A stretch of 64,000 bases of DNA from Paracoccaceae bacterium (GCA_040880065.1 JBBDJE010000003.1:102772-166771), one strand, 5' to 3'; numbered from the stretch's first letter, positions 31,119-41,264 are shown. Notes: generated by a model from the letters alone, not told the origin. Numbers and translations are program-made.

Positions 31119-31592
31119 TCAGGCGGAAAACTTTTTCGACAGATCCTGCAATTCCTTCATCGAATCGCCCACGCGTTTTGCAACGATCTCGTAGGCTTCG
31201 GTATTGGCAGTGCGGGCACCTTCAGCCAAAGCCGTCATGTTGGTCATGGCTTTTTCAAAGGCTTTGTTGGCCAGCTCGGTGCGGGCTTTGGTTGCATCGG
31301 CATCCATTTTGGTTGCGTCGAATTCGGCAAGCGATTTCTGTGCTTCGGCCATCGAATCCTGGAACACTTTCACCTGCTTGGTGAACAGGTCCTGATAGGC
31401 GGCGGCGGCGGCTTTATTGGCTGCGTTCAACGCATCCATGTTTTTTTGCTGTGCGGCCATAAGGTCGTTGCCGCCAAAGTTGAAGGCTTTGGGGTCAAAC
31501 GCGAAGGCTTTGGCGTCAAAGCCCTTGGTGGCGCCGGTCATGAATTCGGCAAGCTTCTCGGGAGAGAACATGAAGTCTTTCGGATCAAACAT
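31119..31592 (-). CDS. Phasin family protein (PHA granule-associated)
   Basis: 157 aa, all-helical, Ala/Lys/Glu-rich with the pattern FD.KAF...AAQQKNMDALNAANKAA typical of alphaproteobacterial phasins. Confidence 0.7.
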   Translation of the reverse strand: MFDPKDFMFSPEKLAEFMTGATKGFDAKAFAFDPKAFNFGGNDLMAAQQKNMDALNAANKAAAAAYQDLFTKQVKVFQDSMAEAQKSLAEFDATKMDADATKARTELANKAFEKAMTNMTALAEGARTANTEAYEIVAKRVGDSMKELQDLSKKFSA

Positions 31593-31673
31593 TTTTGCGC
31601 TCCTATTGCGGTATGCGTCTTACATATGGTGCACTGCAGCATTTGTCAAGCGCCATGTTGCAGTGCAGCATTT

Positions 31674-32495
31674 TTAGCTGGCACCAAGCTCGCGCGCGCG
31701 GTTGGCGGCAGCGGCAATGGCGCGGTTCAGCAAGGCGGGGAAGCCGGTTTCAGCATCCATCAGCACAGCAAGTGCGGCGGCGGTCGTGCCGTTGGGGCTG
31801 GTAACGTTGACACGAAGCTGGCCCGGGTCTTCGGGGGCGTTTTCAGCCAAAGCGCCTGCGCCTGCCACGGTGGCGCGCGCAAGGTGGAGCGCCATTTCGG
31901 GCGGCAAACCCTGGGCTTCACCTGCTGCGGCCATGGTTTCGATCAGGTGAAATACATAGGCGGGGCCAGAGCCGGAAACGGCAGTAACAGCGTCGATTTG
32001 CGCCTCGGTTTCCAGCCGCACCACCTGCCCCACAGCTTTGAGCACGTCTTCGGCAAGGTCGAGATCATCTTGGCTGGCATTGGCATTACCGATAATGGCG
32101 GTAATGCCGCGCCCCACGGCAGCGGGCGTGTTGGGCATGGCACGGATGATGCGCGCCTGTGTGCCAAGTGCTGCGCCAAGCGCTGCCAATGTGGTGCCTG
32201 CGGCGATGGACACAAAGACAGTGTTGCGGTTTGCAAGTGCGGCGATGGCGGGCAGAGCGGCACCCATCATCTGGGGTTTTACGGCGATCACACAAATCGC
32301 CGGCGCTTCGGGCAGGTCGGTGTTAAGGTTCAGCCCCGCGCCCAAAAGGCCGCGCAATTGGTCCGACGGATGAGGGTCGATCACCCATACCGCCGAGGGT
32401 TTCACACCGCGCTCCAACCATCCGGCCAGCATGGCGCCGCCCATTTTCCCGCAGCCTAAAAGCAGTAGTCCGTGTGTGTTGATCGCATTCAGCAT
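31674..32495 (-). CDS. proC: Pyrroline-5-carboxylate reductase
   Basis: 273 aa with the Rossmann motif LLLGCGKMGGAM and the C-terminal SPNGTTAAAL motif. Confidence 0.92.
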   Translation of the reverse strand: MLNAINTHGLLLLGCGKMGGAMLAGWLERGVKPSAVWVIDPHPSDQLRGLLGAGLNLNTDLPEAPAICVIAVKPQMMGAALPAIAALANRNTVFVSIAAGTTLAALGAALGTQARIIRAMPNTPAAVGRGITAIIGNANASQDDLDLAEDVLKAVGQVVRLETEAQIDAVTAVSGSGPAYVFHLIETMAAAGEAQGLPPEMALHLARATVAGAGALAENAPEDPGQLRVNVTSPNGTTAAALAVLMDAETGFPALLNRAIAAAANRARELGAS

Positions 32496-32557
32496 GGCGC
32501 ACCTTCGATATGGAATTTCAAAGGCAGGCTATCAGCGCAGCTTGCGCGGCGAAAGGG

Positions 32558-33100
32558 TCAGGCGGTGCCGTAAGCTTCGTCTATCGCAATTTCCATGGCG
32601 CGCTCGGGCGGCTCGCCCCCCCAGCAGACAAGCTGGAAGGCGGGGTAGAACCGCTCGCAGGCCAGAACGGCCATGCCGACCATATCGTCAATTTGCGCAG
32701 GGCTGGCCGTGGCCCCGCCCGCAAGGTTGAGCGCATAGCGAAACACCATAAGCTTCTGGCTTTGCCACAGGGTAAACGCGCCCTGCCAGTTTTTGTCGTT
32801 TGCCAGCGCCATGGCGTGATACAGCCGCGCAAGCTGGTCTTCCGGCGGGTCCATATCGAATGTGCAGATGATGCGGAGCGTCTCGTCATAGGCCGACCAT
32901 GCGAGTGACAGGGAATAGGTGCGCCACTGCCCTTCGATCGCCATGGCGATCTGGTCATCGCCGATACGGTCAAAATCCCAGTCATGGTCGGTCGCGATGG
33001 ATTCGACGATGTCGATGGGGTGAAGGTCTTCGCTGCTCATCAGGCGATCTAGGTTGCCCATGCCTGCCTCCGTGCTTGGCCCCGACTGCGGCATGGCCAC
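32558..33100 (-). CDS. YbjN domain protein
   Basis: 180 aa. HPIDIVESIATDHDWDFDR...QIAMAIEGQWRTY is a YbjN-like sequence. It sits upstream of proC, as is common in alphaproteobacteria. Confidence 0.8.
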   Translation of the reverse strand: MAMPQSGPSTEAGMGNLDRLMSSEDLHPIDIVESIATDHDWDFDRIGDDQIAMAIEGQWRTYSLSLAWSAYDETLRIICTFDMDPPEDQLARLYHAMALANDKNWQGAFTLWQSQKLMVFRYALNLAGGATASPAQIDDMVGMAVLACERFYPAFQLVCWGGEPPERAMEIAIDEAYGTA

Positions 33101-33198
33101 TAGAGGCTGTGAGATTCACCATGTGCTGGGGTCTGCGCCCCTGCTCCATACGATATATGGTGGGGGCAAACGGCTGGGCTGTAAAGAATTTTCTGGGC

Positions 33199-33363
33199 TT
33201 ATTTCAAATTGGTGCCCTGTCCCCGCAGCGGGCGCAGCGTAGCCAGCACGGAAATTGCCAATAGAATCATCGCCATTGGCACCGAAAACCAGTTGCCAAC
33301 GAAGCTATAGCCCAGCGCGCCCACCAGCCCGCCGATGAAAAACGCCAGCACAATACCCGCCAA
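33199..33363 (-). CDS. Possible small two-TM membrane protein (non-ATG start)
   Basis: My own translation in the third reverse frame gives (L)AGIVLAFFIGGLVGALGYSFVGNWFSVPMAMILLAISVLATLRPLRGQGTNLK. Candidate starts are TTG at 33363 or GTG at 33351. It is not in the ORF track because it lacks an ATG, and it overlaps the tail of the YjbR-like ORF. Confidence 0.3.
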   Translation of the reverse strand: MAGIVLAFFIGGLVGALGYSFVGNWFSVPMAMILLAISVLATLRPLRGQGTNLK

Positions 33364-33574
33364 AAGCCGGAGTTTCGCCCCAAATACCTGCGGCGATCAG
33401 CATTTCGGCGGTGTCAACGCTGTCGGTTTTAACCGAAACGCCGTTTTGCGCAGCGCTGAGGCAGGCGAAAATTTTACCGCAAACCTTCCATGTATCCGCG
33501 CCGGGGCCGAACGGCTCGGACATTTCGGCCCCCGGCTTGGCGGTGCAAATTTCTGTGACGCGTGCGCGGGTCAT
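33305..33574 (-). pseudogene. MmcQ/YjbR-like gene, apparently 3'-truncated or frame-disrupted
   Basis: The N-terminal two thirds look like the YjbR family (MTRARVTEICTAKPGAEMSEPFGPGADTWKVCGKIFACL...GVSVKTDSVDTAEMLIAAGI). The tail (WGETPAFGGYCAGVFHRRAGGRAGL) does not resemble the family C-terminus and runs out of frame over a hydrophobic ORF. Confidence 0.4.
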
Positions 33575-33700
33575 AGTGCGGGGCTTAACCCTGTGCTGCG
33601 CGCAATGCCAAGGGGTGCGGGGTTGCAGTTTTGATAACCGCCCGCTCGATCGGCGCTATGAACATTATCTGTATATTTTCGCAATGGCTTGCCTGCTTGG

Positions 33701-33970
33701 TTACGTTTCTTTTTTAACCTTCGCCGCAGGCTTGCCGCCTTCCAGCGTCGCGATCCGCGCCGTCAGCGCCTCATTCTCTTCGCGGGCTTTTATCGCCATC
33801 GCCTTCACAGCGTCGAACTCGTCGCGGCTTACGAAATTGCGGTCAGCCAGCCAGCGGTCCATCATCGACTTCATGGCGGTTTCGGCTTCGGTTTTGGCCC
33901 CTTGTGCCACGCCCATCGCGTTGGACATGAGCTTGGACAGGTCGTCGAAAATCTTGTTACTGGTTTGCAT
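33701..33970 (-). CDS. ubiK: Accessory factor UbiK (BMFP/YqiC) family protein
   Basis: Internal start MQTSNKIFDDLSKLMSNAMGVAQGAKTEAETAMKS...VSRDEFDAVKAMAIKAREENEAL (ATG at 33970). Confidence 0.8.
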   Translation of the reverse strand: MQTSNKIFDDLSKLMSNAMGVAQGAKTEAETAMKSMMDRWLADRNFVSRDEFDAVKAMAIKAREENEALTARIATLEGGKPAAKVKKET

Positions 33971-34087
33971 GATGCATCCTTTCGGGTTTGCACCTATATG
34001 GGCAATTGCGCGGGCTTTGCCAAGGTTCACTTGACTTTGGGCAGATGGCTTGGTCTGTCAGCGCCAAACACATACCCCGAGGCCCCC

Positions 34088-34960
34088 ATGCTCCATTTAC
34101 TGCAATTTCCCGATATTGACCCCGAGATTTTCTCGATCAGCCTTGGGGGGATGACATTTGCGCTGCGCTGGTATGCGCTGGCCTATATTGTCGGCATTTT
34201 CCTTGGCTGGCGCCATGCGGTAATGCTGGTGAACCGTCCCCGCCTTTGGGCAAACGTGCCGATGAGTGCCAAGCAGGTGGAGGACCTGATGACATGGATG
34301 GTGCTGGGCATCATCATCGGCGGGCGGCTCGGCTATGTGTTCTTCTACAACTGGGCGTATTTTTCCGAAAACCCCGTTGATATTGTAAAGGTCTGGCAGG
34401 GGGGCATGTCGTTTCACGGCGGGGTGGCGGGTGTGCTGCTGGGGGCGGCCTATTTCTGCTGGCGCCACAAGGTCAGCTTTGTTTCGACCGCCGATATGAT
34501 CGCGGTCTCTTCGGTGTTCGGGCTGTTTTTGGGACGGATCGCCAATTTCATCAATGGCGAGCTTTGGGGGCGGCCAACCGATGCAAGCTGGGGGATGTTC
34601 TTCCCCGATGCGCCCGCCTGCCCCGATGTATTGCCCGGGTTGTGCACCCGCCACCCAAGCCAGCTTTACGAGGCGGGGCTGGAGGGGATTGTGCTGGGCG
34701 CGGTGCTGCTGGTGCTGGTGTGGGGCGGTAAATGGCTGCGCAAACCGGGGCGGGTGCTGGGCGTGTTTTTGGTTGGCTATGCCGTTGCGCGCTCGATTGT
34801 GGAGCTGTTTCGCGAGGCCGATGGCCAGTTCATTACGCCCGACAACCCCGCTGGCCATGTGATCAGCCTTGGCGAGTTCGGGCTGACGATGGGCCAAAGC
34901 CTGTCGGTGCCGATGCTGCTGATCGGACTGGTGCTGTTGGTGCGCCGCCACAGGGCATGA
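34088..34960 (+). CDS. lgt: Prolipoprotein diacylglyceryl transferase
   Basis: Start MLHLLQFPDIDPEIFSI...LRWYALAYIVGI (ATG at 34088). The GGMSFHGG and GRIANFINGELWGR motifs are present. Confidence 0.93.
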   Translation: MLHLLQFPDIDPEIFSISLGGMTFALRWYALAYIVGIFLGWRHAVMLVNRPRLWANVPMSAKQVEDLMTWMVLGIIIGGRLGYVFFYNWAYFSENPVDIVKVWQGGMSFHGGVAGVLLGAAYFCWRHKVSFVSTADMIAVSSVFGLFLGRIANFINGELWGRPTDASWGMFFPDAPACPDVLPGLCTRHPSQLYEAGLEGIVLGAVLLVLVWGGKWLRKPGRVLGVFLVGYAVARSIVELFREADGQFITPDNPAGHVISLGEFGLTMGQSLSVPMLLIGLVLLVRRHRA

Positions 34961-36000
34961 GCGCGCTTGCGGCAATAATCGAGCGTGAAATCGCCGCTCA
35001 GGGCCCGATGCGGCTGGACCGGTACATGGCGCTGGCGCTCGGCCATCCGCAGCACGGCTATTACCCGACGCGCGACCCGCTTGGCGCGGGGGGCGACTTT
35101 ACCACAGCACCCGAAATTTCGCAGATGTTCGGCGAGCTTTTGGGCCTGTGGCTGGCGCAGGCATGGATGGATGCGGGCGCGCCTGCAAATTTTGTGCTGG
35201 CCGAGGCCGGGCCGGGGCGTGGCAGCCTGATGGCCGATATTCTGCGCGCCACGGCGCAGGTGCCGGGCTTTACGCCGCAGGTCTGGCTGGTTGAGACCTC
35301 GCCCGCTTTGCGCGCCGTACAAAAAGCGCGGCTGGGGGCGGTGAGCTGGGCGGATGACATTTCCGCACTGCCTGACCTGCCGGTGTTTTTCGTGGCGAAC
35401 GAGTTTTTTGATGCCCTGCCCATTCGCCAGTTCCAGCGCAGCGCGGATGGCTGGCAGGAGGTGCTGGTGGGTGCAGGGCTGAAGCCTGCGCTCGGCGCCC
35501 CTTTTACCGATACCGCGCTCGATGCACGCTTCGGGGTTGCGCCCGCCACGGTTGGCGAAACCTGCGCGCCTGCCGAAAGCTTTGCTGCGGCACTGGGCGC
35601 GCGCATTGCCGCACAAGGTGGTGCGGCGCTGGTGGTGGATTATGGCGATTGGCGCGGCACGGGCGACACGCTGCAAGCCCTGCGCGCCCATGCACCCGCC
35701 AACCCGTTTGAAACACCGGGGCAGGCCGACATAACCGCACATGTGCAATTTGCCCCGCTGGCAGCAGCGGCGGGGCTGGGCGGCGCATTTACCATGCAGG
35801 GGAAGTTTTTGGAGCGGCTGGGCATTACCGCGCGTGCGCAAGCGCTTGCCGATGCGGGCGGTCAGGGCGTTGCTGCTGCCCATCGCCGCTTGACCCATCC
35901 GGCAGAAATGGGGAACCTGTTCAAGGTGCTGGCACTGGGGCCAGCCGAACAACCTATGGCAGGATTTGACGAAAATGAGCATTTTAGCCCTGCAATCTGA
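34957..36000 (+). CDS. Class I SAM-dependent methyltransferase (MidA/NDUFAF7-like, DUF185)
   Basis: The ATG at 34957 overlaps the lgt stop (ATGA). MSALAAIIEREIAAQGPMRLDRYMALALGHPQHGYYPTRDPLGAGGDFTTAPEISQMFGEL is the family signature. The conserved lgt-MTase-pgeF synteny is present. Confidence 0.85.
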   Translation: MSALAAIIEREIAAQGPMRLDRYMALALGHPQHGYYPTRDPLGAGGDFTTAPEISQMFGELLGLWLAQAWMDAGAPANFVLAEAGPGRGSLMADILRATAQVPGFTPQVWLVETSPALRAVQKARLGAVSWADDISALPDLPVFFVANEFFDALPIRQFQRSADGWQEVLVGAGLKPALGAPFTDTALDARFGVAPATVGETCAPAESFAAALGARIAAQGGAALVVDYGDWRGTGDTLQALRAHAPANPFETPGQADITAHVQFAPLAAAAGLGGAFTMQGKFLERLGITARAQALADAGGQGVAAAHRRLTHPAEMGNLFKVLALGPAEQPMAGFDENEHFSPAI

Positions 36001-36733
36001 CCTGCTTTTTGGCGTTCAGCACGGGTTTATGGCCCGCCCCGGCGGGCATTCGCGCGGGCTATACGAGGGGCTGAATTGCGGCACCGGCTCGCATGACGAC
36101 CCGGCTGCCGTGGCGCATAACCGCAAACTGGTGGCCACGCATTTCGGGGTGGAACCCGCGGCGTTGATGAGCCTGCATCAGGTGCATTCCACCACCGTTG
36201 TGCGGGTATCGCGCCCCGGCTGGGCGGGCGAAAAGCCCAAGGCCGATGGCATTGTTACCGCGCATCCGGGCATTGCGATTTCCGCGCTCGCCGCCGATTG
36301 CGCGCCGCTGCTATTTGCCGACAGGCGTGCCGGCGTTGTGGGTGCGGCCCATGCCGGCTGGCGCGGGGCGCTCGACGGTATTGCGCTGCAAACCATTGCC
36401 GCCATGGAGGATTTGGGCGCGCGGCGCGGCGATATCGCCGTGGCCATCGGCCCGACAATCAGCCAGCGCGCCTATGAGGTCGGGCCCGAATATATGGACA
36501 GTTTCCTGGCTGAAGACCAGGACAACGCGCGTTTTTTCGCACAGGGCCAAGGCGACAGGCTGATGTTCGACCTGCCCGGCTTTTTGCTGGCGCAACTGCG
36601 CACAGCCGGAGTTCAGGCGGAATGGACAGGCCATTGCACCCATTCCGATGAGGCGCGGTTTTACTCCTTTCGCCGTGCCACCCAGCGCGGCGAGCCGGAT
36701 TATGGGCGCCAAATTGCGGTGATCCGGTTGTAG
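35966..36733 (+). CDS. pgeF: Peptidoglycan editing factor PgeF (YfiH/laccase-domain protein)
   Basis: 255 aa with QVHS, TADCAPLLF and HAGWRG motifs. Confidence 0.85.
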   Translation: MTKMSILALQSDLLFGVQHGFMARPGGHSRGLYEGLNCGTGSHDDPAAVAHNRKLVATHFGVEPAALMSLHQVHSTTVVRVSRPGWAGEKPKADGIVTAHPGIAISALAADCAPLLFADRRAGVVGAAHAGWRGALDGIALQTIAAMEDLGARRGDIAVAIGPTISQRAYEVGPEYMDSFLAEDQDNARFFAQGQGDRLMFDLPGFLLAQLRTAGVQAEWTGHCTHSDEARFYSFRRATQRGEPDYGRQIAVIRL

Positions 36734-36811
36734 TTTCCCGCAGGGCTCAACATCATGCGGCGCTGTATCCGGCACGCGCGAACTTTGCCACAACCTGCAA
36801 TGGTGCCCGCA

Positions 36812-37462
36812 TCAGCCCAGCATGAAAAACACCGCCAGCGGCACGGGCAAAACGGCGATGGCGATGGTGGCCAGAAAGGGCAGCGGGGCGAAAACCCGGC
36901 TTAGGCCAGCCACCATGGCAATGCCGCCACCCCCGCCGATGATGACATTGCCGGGCATGTTGATCAGCAGGGCCAACAGCACATAGCGATAGCGCGTGGC
37001 CAGCCGCATGGCACCATGGTCGATCTGGCTGACCAGCAGGCCCAACCGCTCGGGCGGCGGGCTTGCGGCGATTTCGGTGATCAGCGCTGCCGCACGGCGC
37101 AGGCCAAGGCGGGCCAGCGCCCTTGCTGTCAGGCGCGGCGGAATCAACCGCCCGATGATGAAGGCCAACGTCAGGCTGATAATTGTGGCCATATAAACCA
37201 CGGGCGCAATGGCCGGGCCAAGCAGAGCAAGCATCGCCAAGCCGATTTCCGCACCCGGCACAAAGGGCAGGGCTGTCAGCAGGATATAGGCCAGCGTGCC
37301 CAGCACAATGGCCCTATGAACGGCGGCCTGATTGCCGGGCATGATCGTGTCATTGAACCAGGCCCGAACCATGTGGGTTAGCTGCGCGGCGGCATAAACC
37401 AGACATATCAGCACCACCAGCCGCAAGCCCACCCGCAAAATCAACTGGATTGTCACGCTCAT
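36812..37462 (-). CDS. Polytopic membrane protein, function unknown
   Basis: 216 aa with about 5 hydrophobic segments. No family was recognised with confidence. Confidence 0.6.
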   Translation of the reverse strand: MSVTIQLILRVGLRLVVLICLVYAAAQLTHMVRAWFNDTIMPGNQAAVHRAIVLGTLAYILLTALPFVPGAEIGLAMLALLGPAIAPVVYMATIISLTLAFIIGRLIPPRLTARALARLGLRRAAALITEIAASPPPERLGLLVSQIDHGAMRLATRYRYVLLALLINMPGNVIIGGGGGIAMVAGLSRVFAPLPFLATIAIAVLPVPLAVFFMLG

Positions 37463-37656
37463 TTACTGCAAACGGCGCGCTGGGCAGGCCGGGCGCCGGC
37501 CATCTGGTTCACAAGGCTGACACGGGCGGGAATGGTTTGGCTTCGCATGCGGCCTCCGCCCACAAGGCTAGCAGACCGGCCCTCGGGGCCATAATCAATT
37601 CATAGTGCGGTGCAAATCGTTTCGTTCTAACAGCGCCTTGCCAAGGCAATGCGCGG

Positions 37657-38157
37657 TTACGCCTCGGCCTCGGCGCGGGCTTCCAAAATGTCAAACGGCA
37701 CGCCCGGTTCATCCTTGGCGCAGCGGATCACCAACGATGTGCGCACGGCCGCCACATTGGGGGCCGAGGTCAAATGCTGGGTGAGGAAGGTCTGAAAGCT
37801 CGAAAGATCGGGGGCGACGCATTTCAGAATGAAGTCGATTTCACCGTTCAGCATGTGGCATTCGCGCACGAAAGGCCATGTGCGGGCCTGTGCCTCAAAA
37901 GCAGCAAGGTCTTTTTCGGCCTGTGAATGCAGCCCGACCATGGCAAAAACCTGCACCTCGAACCCCAATTCGCGGGCGTTGACCGTGGCATGATAGCCGG
38001 TCAGCAGGCCCATCTCTTCCAATGCACGCACGCGGCGCAGGCATGGCGGTGCTGAAATGCCGACCCGGTGGGACAGTTCGACATTGGTCATTCGCCCGTT
38101 GGCCTGCAATTCGGCGAGAATTTTACGATCTATCGGGTCAAGCTTGGTGTGGGGCAT
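37657..38157 (-). CDS. Lrp/AsnC family transcriptional regulator
   Basis: LDPIDRKILAELQANGRMTNVELSHRVGISAPPCLRRVRALEE plus an RAM domain. Confidence 0.9.
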   Translation of the reverse strand: MPHTKLDPIDRKILAELQANGRMTNVELSHRVGISAPPCLRRVRALEEMGLLTGYHATVNARELGFEVQVFAMVGLHSQAEKDLAAFEAQARTWPFVRECHMLNGEIDFILKCVAPDLSSFQTFLTQHLTSAPNVAAVRTSLVIRCAKDEPGVPFDILEARAEAEA

Positions 38158-38316
38158 GGGTATCCGCTACTGAATTTACGTCTGATTACGCGGTTGCGCC
38201 CATTTGCGCAATAATATTTCAAACACCTTGGGCGATTCATGCGGCAATTCATAGGGTTTTCTATGCCAACGCGCGTGCCTATATAGGCTGGAAACGTATT
38301 TATACACGAGGCTGCC

Positions 38317-39252
38317 ATGACTGAGACCCGCCACACCCGCCTGCTGATCATCGGTTCCGGCCCTGCGGGCTATACCGCCGGAGTTTACGGCGCACGCGCT
38401 ATGCTGGAGCCTATTCTGGTGCAGGGCATCCAGCCCGGCGGGCAATTGACCATTACCACCGAGGTTGAAAACTGGCCCGGCGTGAAAGAGGTGCAGGGGC
38501 CGGATCTGATGGTGGCGATGCAAGAGCACGCGGCCGCAGCGGGCACCGAGATTATCGGCGACCACATCAACAGCGTTGACCTGTCCAAGCGGCCCTTTGT
38601 GGCCAAGGGCGATAGCGGCACCACATATATTGCCGAGGCGCTGGTGCTGGCCACCGGCGCACAGGCCCGCTGGCTGGGGCTGGACAGTGAAGAGAAGTTT
38701 AAAGGCAAGGGCGTTTCGGCCTGCGCCACATGCGACGGGTTTTTCTATCGCGGGGCCGAGGTTGTGGTGATAGGCGGGGGTAATACCGCCGTGGAAGAGG
38801 CGCTGTTCCTGACGAAATTCGCCACAAAAGTCACGCTGATCCATCGCCGCGACACGTTGCGCGCCGAGCGCATTCTGCAAGACCGGCTGATGAAGAACCC
38901 CAAGATCGAAACCCTGTGGTTTCATGAACTGGACGAGGTTCTGGGTGATGACAGCGGCGTGACCGGCGTGCGTGTGAAGCACACCAAAACCGGAGAGGCG
39001 CATGACATTGCCTGTGCCGGTGTGTTCGTCGCCATCGGCCATGCACCTGCCAGCGAGCTGGTGAAAGACCAGCTTGAAACCCATATGGGTGGCTATGTTG
39101 TCACCGCGCCTGATTCCACCGCCACCAGCATTCCCGGTGTGTTTGCCGCCGGTGATCTGACCGACCATGTCTATCGGCAGGCGGTAACCAGCGCTGGCAT
39201 GGGCTGTATGGCCGCGCTTGAGGCGGAACGCTTTCTGAGCGGCGAGGAATAA
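38317..39252 (+). CDS. trxB: Thioredoxin-disulfide reductase
   Basis: 311 aa with [12 protein letters not shown], the redox CATCDG motif and [13 protein letters not shown]. Confidence 0.95.
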   Translation: MTETRHTRLLIIGSGPAGYTAGVYGARAMLEPILVQGIQPGGQLTITTEVENWPGVKEVQGPDLMVAMQEHAAAAGTEIIGDHINSVDLSKRPFVAKGDSGTTYIAEALVLATGAQARWLGLDSEEKFKGKGVSACATCDGFFYRGAEVVVIGGGNTAVEEALFLTKFATKVTLIHRRDTLRAERILQDRLMKNPKIETLWFHELDEVLGDDSGVTGVRVKHTKTGEAHDIACAGVFVAIGHAPASELVKDQLETHMGGYVVTAPDSTATSIPGVFAAGDLTDHVYRQAVTSAGMGCMAALEAERFLSGEE

Positions 39253-39379
39253 ACGGAACGGGGTTTTGCGCCGCCTTAATTCAGCCGAATGTCTGGTCTA
39301 ATCGGGTGGCGGCCCGTTGCAATTGCTGCATTTCGGGTGCAATACGCTGCCAAATTTGCGCATTTACTCAGGAATTCAG

Positions 39380-41086
39380 ATGACCGCCGCCAACCTAGCC
39401 CCGATCGCCGAACTGTATGTATCATATGACAGTGCTGCCAAACTGAAGCGCGAGGCTGCAAGCCTGCCAAGCTGGGATTTAAGCCAGCGCCAGACCTGTG
39501 ACCTTGAATTGCTGATGAATGGTGGATTTCAGCCACTGAACGGTTTTTTGGGGCAGGCCGATTATGAATCGGTGCGCGACACGATGCGCACCGCCAATGG
39601 TGCACTTTGGCCCATGCCCATCACGCTGGATGTAACCGAGAAATTCGCTGAAACCGTGACCGTTGGGCAGGATATTGCCCTGCGCGATGCCGAAGGGGTC
39701 ATTCTGGCCATTTTATCGGTTTCCGATATCTGGACGCCGGACCGGCAAGCCGAGGCGCAGGCGGTGTTTGGCAGCACCGATACCCGGCATCCTGCGGTCA
39801 ACTTTCTGCTGAACGCATCCAACCCTGTATATATTGGCGGGGCGATTACCGGCATTCAGGCCCCTGTGCATTACGATTTTCGCGGCAGCCGCAACACGCC
39901 CAACGAGCTGCGCGCCTATTTCCGCAAAATGGGGTGGCGGCGGATTGTTGCCTTTCAAACCCGCAACCCGCTGCACCGCGCGCATCAGGAACTGACCTTT
40001 CGCGCCGCCAAGGAAGCCCAGGCCAACCTGCTGATCCATCCGGTTGTCGGCATGACCAAGCCCGGCGATATCGACCATTTTACCCGCGTGCGCTGCTATG
40101 AGGCGGTGCTGGACAAATACCCCTCCTCGACCACGCATCTGAGCCTGTTGAACCTTGCCATGCGCATGGGCGGCCCGCGCGAGGCGCTATGGCATGCCAT
40201 AATCCGCAAGAACCACGGCTGCACGCATATGATTGTGGGGCGCGACCATGCCGGGCCGGGCAAAAACAGCCAGGGCGAAGATTTCTACGGCCCTTATGAT
40301 GCGCAGGTGCTTGTGGCCGAACATCAGGCGGAAATCGGCATCGAAATGGTCGACTTCAAGCAAATGGTTTATGTGCAGGAAAAAGCCCAATACGAGCCCC
40401 GCGACGAGGTGGCCGAGGGTATGACAATTCTGGATATTTCCGGCACCGAGTTGCGCCGCCGCCTGCAGGAAGGGTTGGAAATTCCCGAATGGTTCAGCTT
40501 TCCCGATGTGGTCAAGGAATTGCGCCGCACCAAGCCTGCGCGCTCCAAACAGGGGTTCACGGTGTTTTTCACCGGGCTTTCAGGCTCGGGCAAGTCAACC
40601 ATTGCCAATGCGCTGATGGTCAAGCTGATGGAAATGGGCGGCCGCCCCGTCACCCTGCTTGATGGTGATGTGGTGCGCAAGAACCTGTCATCCGAGCTTG
40701 GGTTCTCCAAAGAACACCGCGATTTGAACATTCGCCGCATTGGCTATGTTGCCTCTGAAATCACCAAAAACGGTGGCATCGCCATTTGTGCGCCAATCGC
40801 ACCCTATACGGCCACACGCGCAGCGGTGCGCGAGGAGATTGAAGCCTTTGGTGCGTTCATCGAGGTGCATGTGGCCACCAGCCTTGAGGAATGCGAACGC
40901 CGCGACCGCAAAGGGCTTTACCAGCTTGCGCGCGCAGGCAAGATCAAGGAATTCACTGGTATTTCAGACCCTTATGAAGCACCAGAAGTGCCGGAACTGC
41001 GGCTGGATACCGAGAATATAGAGGTTGATAACTGCGCCCATCAGGTGATTTTGAAGCTGGAGCAAATGGGGCTGATTGCCGGTTAA
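39380..41086 (+). CDS. Bifunctional sulfate adenylyltransferase (Sat) / adenylylsulfate kinase
   Basis: Start MTAANLAPIAELYV (ATG at 39380). The ATP-sulfurylase motifs QTRNPLHRAH and GRDHAG are present. The C-terminal APS kinase has the P-loop GLSGSGKSTIA. Confidence 0.93.
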   Translation: MTAANLAPIAELYVSYDSAAKLKREAASLPSWDLSQRQTCDLELLMNGGFQPLNGFLGQADYESVRDTMRTANGALWPMPITLDVTEKFAETVTVGQDIALRDAEGVILAILSVSDIWTPDRQAEAQAVFGSTDTRHPAVNFLLNASNPVYIGGAITGIQAPVHYDFRGSRNTPNELRAYFRKMGWRRIVAFQTRNPLHRAHQELTFRAAKEAQANLLIHPVVGMTKPGDIDHFTRVRCYEAVLDKYPSSTTHLSLLNLAMRMGGPREALWHAIIRKNHGCTHMIVGRDHAGPGKNSQGEDFYGPYDAQVLVAEHQAEIGIEMVDFKQMVYVQEKAQYEPRDEVAEGMTILDISGTELRRRLQEGLEIPEWFSFPDVVKELRRTKPARSKQGFTVFFTGLSGSGKSTIANALMVKLMEMGGRPVTLLDGDVVRKNLSSELGFSKEHRDLNIRRIGYVASEITKNGGIAICAPIAPYTATRAAVREEIEAFGAFIEVHVATSLEECERRDRKGLYQLARAGKIKEFTGISDPYEAPEVPELRLDTENIEVDNCAHQVILKLEQMGLIAG

Positions 41087-41094
41087 GCACACCA

Positions 41095-41124
41095 AAGGGC
41101 GGCCAATGTGCCGCCCTTCTTTTG
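41095..41124 (+). terminator. Rho-independent terminator after sat/cysC
   Basis: AAGGGCGGCcaatgtGCCGCCCTTcttttg, 9 nt after the stop. Confidence 0.6.
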
Positions 41125-41264
41125 CCCGACCAAACCCGCGCACGCGATTTTTCAAATGTCTTGCACGATGCGCCCGACCTGCGCCTATACTGTGCTTTCT
41201 TGTCCGCAAGCCGGTTGCGCGCACAGGCTTATGGCCAACCGGCTTGTCCCCCTGTTGAAAGGAT

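Noticed and set aside
34777-35982. 401-aa ORF on the reverse strand (34097..34975 is a similar case)
   Set aside because: These are antisense to the MidA-like methyltransferase and lgt. The Arg-rich sequences have no recognisable motifs.
38190-38215. TTGCGC-N6-GCGCAA inverted repeat in the lrp/trxB divergent region
   Set aside because: Six-bp GC-rich arms are expected by chance in this genome, and Lrp sites are AT-rich and degenerate.
38176-39168. 330-aa ORF on the reverse strand
   Set aside because: It is antisense to trxB, so it is a shadow ORF.
41160-41190. Heat-shock (sigma-32-type) promoter upstream of the 211-aa orphan (CTTGCA ... CCTATAC)
   Set aside because: The spacer is 18-20 nt depending on alignment, and the -10 matches CCCCATNT poorly. 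This is not good enough to call.
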